Below, in pieces: positions 28,289 through 41,439 of a stretch of 64,000 nucleotides of DNA. Source of the stretch: Octopus sinensis (taxonomy: Eukaryota); the NCBI RefSeq assembly GCF_006345805.1, contig NC_042998.1, forward strand, positions 62,496,001 to 62,560,000. Reading direction: 5' to 3'. A program made the translations under genes and the position numbers. The number at the start of each line of letters is the position of its first letter. Positions within the stretch are counted from its first letter, which is position 1. The notes below the pieces were generated by a model. The model was given only the letters and a program-made list of their open reading frames with translations, searched no databases and was not told the DNA's origin.

Positions 28289-28952
28289 CACAAAAGCTTA
28301 TTACATAGGTTCATTTTATTATAAAACTGTGGGCCATTAAGCACATCAAACAAACAAAGGTCACATGATTCGTGATCTCCTGTTCCACGCGTCGCTGAAG
28401 AGGGTTGAGAACATTCAAAATAATATAATTTAAAGAATCAACATTAATCTCCGCTTTCGAAAAGAAACATTTAATTTCTCTTTTTCTTTTCTTTCTTTTT
28501 TTCTTTTACATTTTTATACATTTTTAGTTTTGTGTGTATTTGTGTGTTGTTTTTGTGTGTTGTTTTTATGTTGTATAAAGTGCTGTTTTATTTATATATT
28601 TTATTCAGATGAGTTTATGTTGGGTACAATAGCTCTATTAGTAGAGCACTCAACCAGAATCGAAACTTGTCAGTTCAATTCCCATTTGAACCGTTCACCA
28701 AATTTATTTATAAACGCTTCATTGAACACACCACACATCCAGTCTCACACGCACTCAGACACACATACACACATATGCAAGCGCAGACGCACTCTGACAC
28801 ACATACACGCATACATATAATGAAAGATCATATAGACAGATAGCTCGATCGATAGATTGATCGAATTATATATATATATATATATACACCCCCGTATATA
28901 ATTATATCTATATATATAATTATATATATGTAATTATATATACGGATAGATG

Positions 28953-28984
<32 letters not shown>

Positions 28985-30807
28985 CTGTGTGTGGTAGACT
29001 TAAGTCTCATTATAAAACAAGCAGTTAACTGCAAATGAATGTGATTTGTATCTAACAAGAGAAAGCTAAGATATTCAGAAAATCTACCGTTAAGATAAAA
29101 TTAATGAAGTTTTATTCGTCATCGTGGATATCCAACCCAAACAAAATACTATTAAAACGACAACAACGTCCAGTCACTTTGCTTTGTGTGTGTGTGTGTG
29201 TGTGTGTGAGTGTGCGTGTGTGTATGTCTGTGCGTGCCAGGATGGAGAAATTCATTTAATTTAGTAACCATTGTTGGAGAAATTAGGGCTTCGAGTGTCC
29301 AGTGATTTCATTTATCAGATGGCACACACCAAACACCGTGAAGCACAATGAGCGCTGCTTGATAAGCTTATAAGTTATCGGATATTCAAGCAAACAATCG
29401 AGAGTTCGTATCCTATCAATGGTTTCGTATTAATTTTAGGACACGAACCACTTGGCGCACGCTAATTCAATCTGGTTAGCAATTAATGCTGAGCATCACT
29501 AGATGTCCTTGATGTATAGCCCTCAGGTCAGCCGTCATTAAATTGTTCTGTGTACTCAGATGCCAACATAACCGTGACTATCTCGCCTCGTTTTCTTTAT
29601 TATAACAGTTTGTATGCTGGAACGTGCTACCTTTTGTAAGATTGACCACAATTATAATCTTAGGACCAAAGGAATTAAGCGTATGAATTAAGTCCTTTCT
29701 AAGCTTATCTGATGTGTGCTTGTTTACACAAGCACACATTACATATATACATGCAGGAACACAACATAGATATGTATATTTTATATTTTAAGAGGTTGGA
29801 AATGGATTTGAAGAAATTTCGGTATGTATTTCATGTACTCTGGAGAGTTGGAATCGTACCACAGCTTGGAATTAGAATAATTAGTGCCGAATTTAATAAG
29901 AATTTGGATCGAGCCAACAGTTGGACACTGGCATGAGGTTGGACATTTCCAGATGTTCTGGTACATATTGGCGAATTCTGGTTTGAATCTTGAAATTTCT
30001 AGGTATTCTGGTCAATATTGGTGTATTTTGCTCAGGGGCTTGACATCCCAGGTATTGTGGTTTATATTTCTGGACGCTTTCTGAGACCATAAATTCGCAG
30101 ATATTTTGGTACGTATGACTGGACTCGGATCTGAGACCGAGCTTTCCCAGAAATTCTAATATTTTCGACATTACAGCTAAATGCACTTACTCAAGGTGCC
30201 GTACCGTAAATTGAAACTCATATCTGTCTATTTACAAAACACTTCTAACCACAGAGAGATACCTGCCTCTACCTGTTTAACAATCACCAAACATTTTTCT
30301 AAGCATTTTTCAATGTATCGTACTTTTCTCATAATCATCAGTAGAAGGTACAGGAGAATGCATTTATTCAAGGTATCACACTAGAGGATTGAACACACAG
30401 CTATAAGATTACCAGACATATTTCTTGACCATACGAATGTTTACACCTACCTACTTAAAAAAAAATATTGTTATTTTTATTATCATAGAGCGTGTTAAAA
30501 AGCTTAATCACACGTTATACACAGATATACTTGCCAGCACCATTCGTTGCTTTATTACAGATAATCCTGTACAGCAAGAGAATATTTCCTTACATTTTTC
30601 AAGTCGTTCCTGCTTTATGAAGTAAAAGGATAATTTAGCTTTCCGCTGATTTCTCCAATTTTTCTTTTCTTTTTCTTCTGTTCCGTTAATAAGGAAAGCT
30701 GATTTGAATACTAACGATGTACGCATGTGATTTAGATTAATAAAATATAGGATTTTTATAACCAGTCTTTGTCTTATTTTGTGAAACCTCACAATATAAG
30801 CAAACCT

Positions 30808-30835
30808 AAGTTATTATTATTATTATTATTACTAT

Positions 30836-30885
<50 letters not shown>

Positions 30886-30900
30886 TTATTATTATTATTA

Positions 30901-30941
<41 letters not shown>

Positions 30942-31352
30942 TATTATTATTATTAATGTCCTTTCATGTCGTTCCTTCGCTTGCTCCATATATACATATA
31001 TATATATATATTCTGGACAATAGATAAACGGCAAATACATCCTTATCAACATTAGCAGTAGCAACAACAACATAAATAAATATATAAATAAATAACAACA
31101 ACAACAACAACAGCAACAACAGCAGAAGCGATGACAACAGCAGCAACGACAGCAACAAACGAAAAAAAAAATGTGGAAAGCAGCTAATACGGATTATGGC
31201 AATTCTTTGAAGATAAATTTCCTATGTAGATTCGTGGTAACATAATTATAAGGAATGGACATACCGACGATGATGGTGCTGCTACTGATGATGATGGTGA
31301 AGATGATGATGAGGATGGTGATGATGATAATGATGGTTGTGATGGTAATGGC

Positions 31353-31410
<58 letters not shown>

Positions 31411-31575
31411 GTGATGATGATGATGGTGTGATGGTGGTGATGGCGATGATCGGGGTCACGATGACGATGATGACGATGATGACGGTGATGATCACAATGA
31501 TGATGGTGATGATGATATGTAAGTCATGACCATAATGATGGGCATGACGGTGTTGATAATGATGGTGTTGAGGAA

Positions 31576-31634
<59 letters not shown>

Positions 31635-31642
31635 TAATAATG

Positions 31643-31696
<54 letters not shown>

Positions 31697-31725
31697 TCGA
31701 TGATAATAATAATGATAATAATAAT
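30808..31725. repeat. Trinucleotide repeat field: (TTA)/(CTA), (CAA), (GAT), (AAT)
   Basis: Directly visible. Confidence 0.9.
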
Positions 31726-31726
31726 G

Positions 31727-32700
31727 TTTTCTTTATTGGCCACAAGGGACGAACACAAAATAGATAGGGACAATACAATACGAGTAATAAATGGGGTTTA
31801 GCACAATGTCGTGTATAAAATAAATAACAAAAACAACAATAAAATTAAACAATAAAAATCCCCCCAAAGCGAGGAACAACCGAGAAACTCTACACATCCT
31901 GGTTACCCCGACCACCAGGGGTACCTCAGGAGGTGCCTCTCTCCTTCTCAACTCTTCTGATTTACAAAGGAATGTTCAGAGTAGGACCATTCTCACGGGC
32001 CACTCTCGCCATATTCACTCATCTTTCAACAAAAATATTGGGTGTGGTGAGGTGCGGTTCGGGGTGGGTGGGGTTTGGGGGCAGAACTTTCCTCTCCATC
32101 ATCGCTTTCCTTTTCTGGCGGAACTTGAAAAAGCTGATGAGGGCTTGGCCGAAGAGGTAAGTATCTGTCTTCAGTCCTTTCAAGCTCATCCACCACACTT
32201 TCCCCTTCGGCAAAGCCACCAGACAGGAAAAAATTGCCTTCCTTCTCAACCAAAAAAACCAAAAAAAACCCAGCAGGGTGATCTTCCCGATGGACTCAGT
32301 TGAAAACCGAATCGTACATGCATCAACAGCTGTTCAATAAAGATCCACAAGTCAGTATTGTCTGGACACTGGACTAGTGCAGACAGCACTTCTGTGTTTG
32401 TAAAGCTTGTCTCGAAACGGCAGAGCTCCTCGGCGGCATTTCCAGGTCAGGCCAGGCCAGGCCAGGCCAAGGATTTCGGGAAATTATCCATAGGCCCTGG
32501 CCCGAAAGTCTTCCAGAAAAAGATTCCTCCCGACGCCCAGAGTTTTCCCGAGGATGTCGTCGCTCTTGCTCACCACTAATTCCCTATAGAACTCCATAGT
32601 GGAACTTCCACCGACCGCATTGCCCGACTGGCAGAGGATGAGCGCTAGCCGACACTTCAGGTGTCAAGCAACCTTTCTCGGCCTACGTTATATCTAGGAC
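31727..32700 (-). mobile_element. Tx1/L1-clade LINE, ORF2 C-terminus plus 3' UTR (5'-truncated, decayed)
   Basis: Minus-strand peptides STMEFYRELV..., PGPMDNFPKSLAW..ALPFRDKLYKH and AIFSCLVAL.K..VWW..LKGL. 3' end ttgtccct...cccttgtggccaataaagaaa. Confidence 0.7.
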
Positions 32701-32864
32701 TGTAGCTCAATCAATTAAAACGAACTGCAGAAAATCCTGTCTGACAAAAGGCGACACACACTCACCGTTAAGAAAACGCTGAAGGTGTCGAAGCCTCAGT
32801 GCATGTCTGGTCATCATAAGCCACGGTATGGTCAGTCCTTTACTCACCGGCTTTTGACAGCAGA

Positions 32865-33088
32865 CGACCGTTGTGTCTATAATAATTGGTGCACTGGGAA
32901 CTGTAAGCGAAGATATAGACAATTGGCTGAAGGAGATTGCAATAGAATGTTCTGTATAACTTCTACAAAAAGTTCGCCTCTTAGGGATAGGAAAGATTAT
33001 CAGGAGTGTTCTACGCACTTGAAAGACTATCGAACCTAAAGTTACTGGTAGTAACACTCTAAGTTCATAAATCCTGCCAGGAATAACC

Positions 33089-33090
<2 letters not shown>
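32865..33090 (+). mobile_element. R4/Dong-like LINE 3' end fragment
   Basis: IIIGALGTV...LQKVRLLGIGKIIRSVLR, homologous to the end of ORF 34429-35244. Followed by (AAT)n. Confidence 0.7.
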
Positions 33091-33173
<83 letters not shown>

Positions 33174-33176
<3 letters not shown>

Positions 33177-34320
33177 CAAGACGAAGAGCGCGATTCGACT
33201 GTTAAAGATATTTTACTGGTTGAACGATATTTAACAGTAAGTCTGCTTGTTCAAAATAAGAGGTGATAAAAATTCAAAATTATAGAAAACTAAATGTAAA
33301 GTATGAACGAGAGTAACCAGCGTCCACACGTTGATGGAATGACATCATCAGTTTTTATAATTTCAATTTTATAACAGGCGAAAAGAAAATGACAGAAAAA
33401 CGAAGATAAAAAAGACATAAAAAAGAGGAAAGAAAAATGAAAAAAAAAGAAGAATATCTAATCAAACAGTTTTGTATAAATTTGATGATATTCTCCTGTC
33501 ATTTTATTCATTCCTCTATTTCTGACTCCAAGAAAACGAACATTGGAGTATCTGGACGCTGTACTTTGAAAAACAACCGCAAGAGAAGTAAGCCCTGTTC
33601 ATTGTGCAACAACATGACTCAAGTGAATTCCATCATGAATCATAACAGAAATGTTATGACTTATACAGAAAGTGGGACATGTAGAGATTCCCATTTGGTG
33701 TACCCGGCAGAATGCACGAAACAACTTGATTTATGTTGGTTGTACAACAGAACAATTAAACAAAAGGTTTAATGGGCATTGATTCAACGTCAGGCACAAT
33801 AACAGTAGTTCGACAGAACTTGCCGAACATTTCGTTTCAAACGGCTGTAATTTTGAAAAAGACTAGAATGTGCATATTATCAGAAAATATTTCGAATCTG
33901 CTTCACTTTCACCTCTCAGAATGCATGAGGAATAATATGTTTGCGGGTTATTAACATCACGCCCTGGAGGAATGAATAAAAGGACAGGAGAATATCATCA
34001 AATTTATAAAAAACTATTTGAGTAAATATTCTTTTCCCTTTTCATTTTTATTTCCTCTTTTCTTCTATCTTTTTTTTCTGTCTTTTTTTCTGTCTTTTTC
34101 TTTTCGCCTGTTATAAAATTGAAACTTAGAGACTGATGATGTTATTCCATTAACGTATGGACGCTGGTTGCTCTCGTTCATACTTTGAATTTAAATTTCT
34201 ATAATTTCGAATTTTTATCTCTTCTTATTTGGAACTTGACAAAGACAGACTTACTGTCGAAATATCGTTCAACCATTAAAATATCTATTACAATCAAATC
34301 ACGCTTTTCATCTTGATTGT
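33174..34320 (+). mobile_element. Penelope-like element relic: GIY-YIG remnant between ~240-bp inverted repeats
   Basis: Across frameshifts: C..C...CRDSHLVY.AEC...YVGCTTEQLNKRFNGH...ELAEHF...PGGMN. 33174-33410 is inverted relative to 34090-34320. Confidence 0.85.
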
Positions 34321-34340
34321 TTACATTTAAATATAATAAC

Positions 34341-34399
<59 letters not shown>

Positions 34400-34402
<3 letters not shown>

Positions 34403-35338
34403 GCTATAAAACAAAAGCTATAAAACAAATGAAATCCAAACTAAAAATAGAACAGCAACGAGCCATGATAAAACGATGGCAAGAAAAACCCCTTCATGGT
34501 AAATACTGCATTAAACTAAACGCAAAAGAAATAGACAAAGACAAATCCCAGCAATGGTTGAGAAGCTCAGGACTCAAAGCAGAAACAGAGGGATTTTTAA
34601 TTGCAGCACAAGACCAAAGCCTCCCCACCAGAAATTACCAAAAACATGTAATGAAAAGAAATATTACAAGTAACTGCAGAATATGTGGAGATGGACAAGA
34701 AACAATAAATCATATTATCTCTAGCTGCCCAGTCCTGGCTAAGAAGGAATATATTCACAGACATGACAGAGTTGGAGCCTACATACATTGGAAGCTATGC
34801 CAACATTATGGAATAACAACAGAAAAAAGATGGTATAGGCACACACCAGAAAAGGTCACAGAAAACGAGAAAGCAGCCATACTCTGGGATATGCCGATAC
34901 ACACAGATAGAGAAATTAAGGCCAACAGACCAGATATAGTTGTCAGAGATCATGAAGAAAAAAAATGCTTTCTAATTGATGTATCAATACCGGCAGATGA
35001 CAACGTGTCTCTAAAAGAAATGGAGAAACTCTCAAAATACAAAGACCTGGAAATAGAGGTAACTAGAATGTGGAACCTGAAAACAGAAACAATTCCTATC
35101 ATAGTAGGTGCATTAGGCATGATAAAAAAATATTCAGACAAATACATAACAAAAACACCAGGACTTACAAACACATATAACATACAGAAAATTGCACTAC
35201 TAGGCACTGCACACATCCTACGCAGAACACTTTCCATACAATAACCATCAGAGCATCACAACAAATCACAGCACATACCCAAGGTACACAGAGCTGCGCT
35301 CGGTAGTGAAGTGAAAGCACGCTATAAAAATAAAACTA

Positions 35339-35342
<4 letters not shown>
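34400..35342 (+). mobile_element. R4/Dong-clade non-LTR retrotransposon, 5'-truncated, with open CCHC plus restriction-like endonuclease region (ORF 34429-35244)
   Basis: 271-aa ORF with CRICGDGQETINHIISSC, RHD, RPDIV..D, IDVS and EKLSKY motifs. Short 3' UTR. Flanked by (AAT)n on both sides. Confidence 0.92.
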
Positions 35343-35400
<58 letters not shown>

Positions 35401-35414
35401 TAATAATAATATTA

Positions 35415-35910
35415 AAATATGATAAATAGAACTGGTATGCGGATACAAATGTTACGGCAAAACGATCAACTACCTTTTATTTATGGATGACCTAAAACTA
35501 TACGCTACAAATGACAAACAGCTGGAAACACTATTAAAGACAGTTCATGGATTTACCAAAGAAATAGATATGAAATTTGGATTAGAAAAATGCGCCAAAG
35601 TAACACTGAAAAGAGGGAAACTAGTGAAGAGCAGAAACATCACACTAGATAAAGCCAATGAAGTAAGAGAATTAGACCAAAGCCCAACTTACAAATATTT
35701 AGAAATCCATGAACTAGACATGACACAACACACACAAATGAAAGAGAAAATAAAGAAAGAATACTATAGACGAGTTAAATCAATACTGAAAACTGAACTC
35801 AATGCTAAAAACAAGATAATAGGTATTAACACTTTAGCCGTCCCAGTTATAAGTTACAGCTACAATATCCTTAACTGGATACTAAATGAACTAATTAGAG
35901 GAACTAAGTG
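35415..35910 (+). mobile_element. R4/Dong-like reverse transcriptase fragment
   Basis: INYLLFMDDLKLYA...FGLEKCA...YKYL: RT domains 5-7 with FMDD. Confidence 0.85.
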
Positions 35911-35949
35911 AATTAAAAGAGGAAGAAAAGCAAAGGAAACACAGTCCCT

Positions 35950-36200
35950 TAAAATTTTGAATAGGCAGAATTTGGAGCATAAGGTCATGCCTATAATAAT
36001 TGGTGCAATGGGAACAGTAAGCCAAGATATAGACAAATGGCTGAGAGAGATTGAAATAGAATGCCCGGTAGATCTTCTACAGAAAGTTTGTCTATTAGGG
36101 ACAGCAAGGATTATCAAGAGGGTCCTAAGCACCTAAGGTTAGAGGTCGTTACCCGCTGCCCACATAAAGGAATAAGACCGGACCTGATCTTTGTTTCTGT
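35950..36200 (+). mobile_element. R4/Dong-like 3' end fragment, related to the 32865 fragment
   Basis: VMPIIIGAMGTV...LLQKVCLLGTARIIKRVLS, then (AAT)n. Confidence 0.75.
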
Positions 36201-36247
36201 AATAATAATAACAATAATAATAATAATAATAATTAATAATAATAATA

Positions 36248-36294
<47 letters not shown>

Positions 36295-36379
36295 TGATAA
36301 TAATAATGATGATGATAATAATAATAATAACAATAATGATAATAATAATAATAATGATGATGATAATAATAATAATAAC

Positions 36380-36424
<45 letters not shown>

Positions 36425-36438
<14 letters not shown>

Positions 36439-36720
36439 TAATGGACTCTCAATAAGAGAATAACTAACCTCAGCGAAAGAAACACTTAAACAAAAAGTTC
36501 AGGCTAAAGCTCAGAGAATACGCAGATTTGAGAAAAGAATCAAATACTACAAACAAAATAAGATGTTCGAATCCAATGCCAAATCATTTTACAGGGAAAT
36601 AGGGAAAGAAAAAAATAACCATTGAAAACACACCCCTAATGGAAGAAGTTGAAAACTTTTGGAAAGAGATCTGGAGTGATGAGAAACCATACAATGAAAA
36701 TGCAGACTGGATCAAACGCA
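36425..36720 (+). mobile_element. R4/Dong-like pre-RT ORF fragment
   Basis: KVQAKAQRIRRFEKRIKYYKQNKMFESNAKSFYRE...VENFWKEIWS...ADWI. Begins in (AAT)n. Confidence 0.7.
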
Positions 36721-36902
36721 TTTTATAATAGAAAGGATTATTATTATCATCATCACGAACAACAGTGACACACAACCACCACTTCCGCCACCACCACCAG
36801 AAATAAGAAGTAAAATGTAAATATTCTGCACGGTGTTTCAAATTAAAAATGGAGAAAAGCGAATCCGTGCTGAATATTCTTCATACTTGATACAGAGTAA
36901 AT

Positions 36903-37288
36903 CGTGGCTCTCCGTCGGTTACGACGACGAGGATTCCAGTTGATTCGATCAAAGGAACAGCCTGCTCGTGAAATTAACGTGTCAGCGGCTGAACACTCCA
37001 CAGACACCTGTACCCTTAACGTAGTTCTCGGGGAGATTCAGCGTGTCACAGAGTGTGACAAGGCTGGCTCTTTGAAATACAGGTACAACAGAAAGAGGAA
37101 GAAAGAGTGAGACAAAGTTGTGGTGAAAGAGTACAGCATGGATCATCGCCACCCCAACCAGCTGGAGACTCGTGGACATTTAGGTGTTTTCGCTCAATAA
37201 AGACCCACAATGCCCGGTCTGAGAATCGAAACCGCGATCCTTTGATCGCAAGTTCGCTGTCCTAACCACTGGACAATTGCGCCTCCAC
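36903..37288 (-). mobile_element. SINE family C variant
   Basis: tRNA-like head on the minus strand (gtggaggcgcaa...tggttagg...ggtttcgattc) with the family C tail. Confidence 0.8.
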
Positions 37289-37617
37289 GCAGGGTGAATA
37301 AGCGAACAATGTTTCAACAACACTGAGCTATACAGCACCAGCATATAACCATAAATAATTTCATGAATAAATTATTTAAAAAATTGTATCAGGAAATGCA
37401 AGCCATATACTTTGTGCAACGAGATGAGACTACTGAGCACATTTTTAGGGCTATCTGTTCCTCGATAAATCCCTGTATATCCACAGTCATAATAAAATAA
37501 ATAGGCATGTGTCCACTGAACAATATGACAACACTTCGGCATGAAACGAATAAGTCGTTGACGACGTTAGAAGTCGAGGCTGTACAGAGTGTTGCAATTT
37601 ATTTGCAAATAATTCTA

Positions 37618-37820
37618 AGGCGACGATCTGGCAGAAACGTTAGCACGCCGGGCGAAATGCTTCGTCTGTCTTTACGTTCTGAGTTCAAATTCCGCCGAGG
37701 TCGACTTTGCCTTTCATCCTTTCGGGGATCGATAAATTAAGTACCAGTTGCGTGCTGGTTCGATCTAATCGACTGGCCTCCCCACCCCCAAAATTTCGGG
37801 CCTTGTACCTAGAGTAGAAG
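37618..37820 (+). mobile_element. SINE family B monomer
   Basis: ggcgacgatctggcagaaacgttagcacgccgggcgaaatg...aaatttcgggccttgtacctagagtagaa. Confidence 0.8.
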
Positions 37821-38629
37821 TGAATAATAGTAACAGTCATGATAGTAATATCTCTGTTAATGCGAACACATTACAATATTAAAAATGGTGATATAAGCAA
37901 TTTAAGTTACTGTATTTTTTCAGTAAATGCAAATCTCGCCTTTGTTGCTAGAACTCGGCGACATCTTAAAGTAGTTGAACAAGAAAGTGATGATACATAT
38001 GCCAACAGCTTGCTAAAAAAAAAACAGTATACTGAAATAATTCACATGATTTATAGACATTTCCTTAAGAGAACAACATAGATATAAGCGTAGCTATCAA
38101 CAATGTAAAAAGGGAGATTAAAAATCATAACATCATAACACACAATTGTAATTCCCGGTTAAGTAAGTTTATATGTGTTTGCAAACTCACAACAGGATTA
38201 AGTATACAATGCAACGTTACAAAAGAGAAAAGATAAGAAAGAATAGAGAACTGGAAGAGGAAATCACAGAATATTTTTTTTAACGTAACGAAGGACGAAA
38301 AGGAATCCAGGAGATAGTATATATAACATTTATAGAAAAATTAACAAAACTAAGTTCCACATATTGAGTTAATACAACTGAAACAGAGAACAAACTCCAC
38401 TGCAAACATTGGAACGCTTGAAATAAAAGATTGAAAATGTAGAGCATTCGAATACAAAACACCTGATACATTTAAAATCACGCTTTAGAAAACAATCCGA
38501 AAGAATTGTTTAGAACAATTCGTGGTAAGAACAGAAAAATTGATGCGATACCCACTAAAGAAACAGAAAAAAAAATTTGGTAACTTGTTTATGACAACAA
38601 AGCTAAATAATACAATTCTATATTTAAGA

Positions 38630-38925
38630 GGTGGAGGCACATGGCCTAGTGGTTAGAGCAACGGACTCGCGGTCGAAGGATCGCGGGCACGAATTCCAGA
38701 GCGGGCGATGTGTGTGTTTATGAGCGAAATACCTAAGCTCCACGCAGCTCCGGCAGAAGGTAACTTCTGCTGACTCTTTTGCCACAACTTTCTTTCACTC
38801 TTTCCCCGTGCATCTCGCAGCTCACCTGCGACGGACCGGCGTCCCGTCCAGGTGGGGAACCTATACGCCAAGGAAACCGGGAAACCGGCCCTTATGAGCC
38901 AGGCATGGCTAGAGAAGGAACAAAC
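38630..38925 (+). mobile_element. tRNA-derived SINE with a family C-type head
   Basis: gtggaggcacatggcctagtggttagagc (A box) ...cgaattcc (B box-like). The tail gtcccgtccagg...gaaaccgggaaacc is shared with the inverted copy at 39235-39490. Confidence 0.75.
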
Positions 38926-38949
38926 ATATTTAAGAGATGAGGATTTATG

Positions 38950-39136
38950 TACATTATTTACATTTTACGGATATTTGTCCTCATCCTGTTTGTTAATACA
39001 ACGTTTCGGCTGATATACCTTCCAGTTTTGAAATTTCCCCAAGACACCTGATGAAGGCTTGAGGGTATATCAGCCGAAACGTTGTGTTAACAACAAACAA
39101 GTTTAAGACAAATATCCGTCAAATGTAAATAATGTA
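38950..39136. mobile_element. Fold-back PLE-type element with a canonical minimal hammerhead at 39043-39088 (+)
   Basis: Arms of about 70 bp. gacac-CTGATGA-a-ggcttg(agggtatat)cagcc-GAA-ACGT-T-gtgtt. Confidence 0.8.
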
Positions 39137-39234
39137 AATGAAACTAAATATAGCAAAAATATTGCCAGGTTATAAGAATATATAGTAAAAAGAGAATTGA
39201 AAAATCACCTCAAAGCATTAAAACAAATAAAAAT

Positions 39235-39490
39235 AGGTGTTTCCTTCACGAGCCATGCCAGGGTCATGAGGGCTGGTTTCCCGGTTTCAATGGTGTATAT
39301 ATTCTCATCCTGGATTGGACGCCAGTCCGTCGCAGGATTACTCACTTTTGCCAGCTGAGTGGACTGGAGCAGCGTGAGGTGAAGTGTTTTTCTCAAGAAC
39401 ACAACGCGTTACCCGTCCAAGAATCGTTGCCCGACCACAATCATACGATCATGAGTCCAACACCTTGACCACCAAGCCACGCGCCTCCAC
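39235..39490 (-). mobile_element. SINE (family C-type core)
   Basis: ccagctgagtggactggagcagcgtg core and the head ccacgcgcctccac. Confidence 0.75.
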
Positions 39491-41204
39491 CCTCGAAGCA
39501 TTACAATGTATTATTTTATGCTTGCATTTAAACAGCTAGGACTGCATCTCAAAAACTAACCCTTCTTTTCAGGGCCGGAATATATTTCATCCTCCTGCAT
39601 CCTACAAGGATCAAATGATGGAGGACCCAATGGTGTATTGCTCTCAGGCATGTTGTTTCCTCTCTCTCTGACTTTTCTCTCACAACTATAACGGCTTCTC
39701 TTGGAACTAGCTGGTGTTGTCCCTCATCCGCTTTGGTATTTCCGACTCTTTCATCTCCCATCCCTCGTCATCCCTGTTGTGCCCAGTCCACTGCTTCAAC
39801 ACAAACCAACCACCAACTACAGTCTGTTCCCTACTCATGTGCTTCCTGCATATGCTGACCTGCAACAATCTTAAGGAAACATTGATGGTATCAATCTCGC
39901 GGGTCTCGGAGGGCCTGGAAGGTTATCAGAACCGAGCCATCTCCCAGATTCAGTAAATTAAAGAAAAGCTCCGGAAACTGGATAAAATCCCTGCATTGTA
40001 TAAAGTACTTGAATTGATAACATTAGTTGTTGCTGTTTTACATACGGCACTGCTAGAAACCAGCCATCTTCAATGCCTTCGTAAACAATCATAAACAAAT
40101 CCCTATAATGCTCTTTACAGGTTGGTCAACAATGATCCTCAAATAAAGGCCAACAGATGATCCATCTCACTATTTCCCTAGAACTTGTCATCTGCCAGTT
40201 TATAAAAATGCTCTCCAAACTTTTGTGGAACACAATAAGTGAAAATTAAAAAAAATAGCAAACAAACATTAAACTCGTGTTGTAAAATCCTACGAAACAA
40301 CTGACCAGTTCTTTGTTAACAAATGGCACTGGACGATTAGAAAATAAGCGAAAGGAACCTGTCCAGTAATTGCATTCACTACAAGAATGCTTTGATTTGA
40401 TCCCACATTATTGGTTGTTCAAAAATATTTGCTAAACTAATCGAAATTATTTCGTTTTGTATTGAATATTCAAAAATTTTCTTGTTAGTGTTCATTCTGT
40501 GATAAGACAAAGGTGTATAAAAATAGAGAAAGATACTTAAAAATGTGAGTAAATTAAGGACTTATAAAAATTAAATAATTATAAGAGAAACAACAATAAC
40601 AATATATTATTTAATAATATACATAGAGAAATATTTAGGTTTGCCCATCCATTCACGAGTTGGAAAGCGCCAGCTTGAGTGTGCCAGGGCATCCCACGGA
40701 TCTTCCTTCAGCTGCTCTTGGTTCTGATTTCTGGGGCAACTAAGGCGGTCGTTAACGCTATTTTTGTTAATTGTAGTGAGTTACAAAAATCCCAACGAGA
40801 TTTAAATGCATGTAGGATGCTGATGAATATTTTATATATAATCTGCCTGAAGCATTTTTATATAATTCTGCTTCTGGTAAAAATAGTCTTCTGAGAATAA
40901 TTCGTTATCAAATGTGTAGTTCATCTGGAAATACACTGCTCTCAGTTTCTCGTTAACCACTTCACAACACACGGCTGTTCTTCCTCGCCTTTTCTTTCAG
41001 ATGCTTCTTGTTGAGGTTTGATATTTTCTTGGTGGGGTGAATCGCCTCTTATTCGAGGCCTTTCCCATATTTTGTTTGTGTCCCTTCTCGTTAGGAGATT
41101 GAGATGCTATTGATAATGGTAGGGAGATGAGGGCACCTGGTCAATGGTTATCGGGATAAGACATAAAGTGACCTCCTATGCCATCTCTGTTTTCTTTTTC
41201 TGGC

Positions 41205-41420
41205 AATGGAGCGTGGCTCTAGAATCGTTAGCACACTAGGAAAAAAGCTTACCGACTTTTTGCCCTCTTTTACGTTCTGAGTTCAAATCTCGCCGAGCCT
41301 ACTTTACATTTCATCCTTTCGGGGTCGATAAAATGAGTATCAGTCAAACTCCGGGGTTGATATAATCGATTAGTCCCTGCCCCCGAAATTTCTGGCCTTG
41401 TGCTACAAATTTGAAACCGT
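41205..41420 (+). mobile_element. SINE family B copy
   Basis: agaatcgttagcac...ttctgagttcaaat...catcctttcggggtcgataaa. Confidence 0.75.
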
Positions 41421-41439
41421 TATTTCACATTTCGCTTTT

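Noticed and set aside
29781-30186. Non-repetitive short ORFs as host exons
   Set aside because: No recognisable domain and no convincing splice sites or partner exons.
34429-35244. Domesticated host nuclease gene
   Set aside because: 5'-truncated LINE copy in (AAT)n with a near-identical second copy; the open frame reflects youth.
38000-38620. A-rich segment with NHALENNPKELFRTIRG, resembling the Dong pre-RT region
   Set aside because: Single weak motif with many stops; left uncalled.
38630-38710. tRNA gene
   Set aside because: A/B-box-like head continues into a SINE body; no complete cloverleaf.
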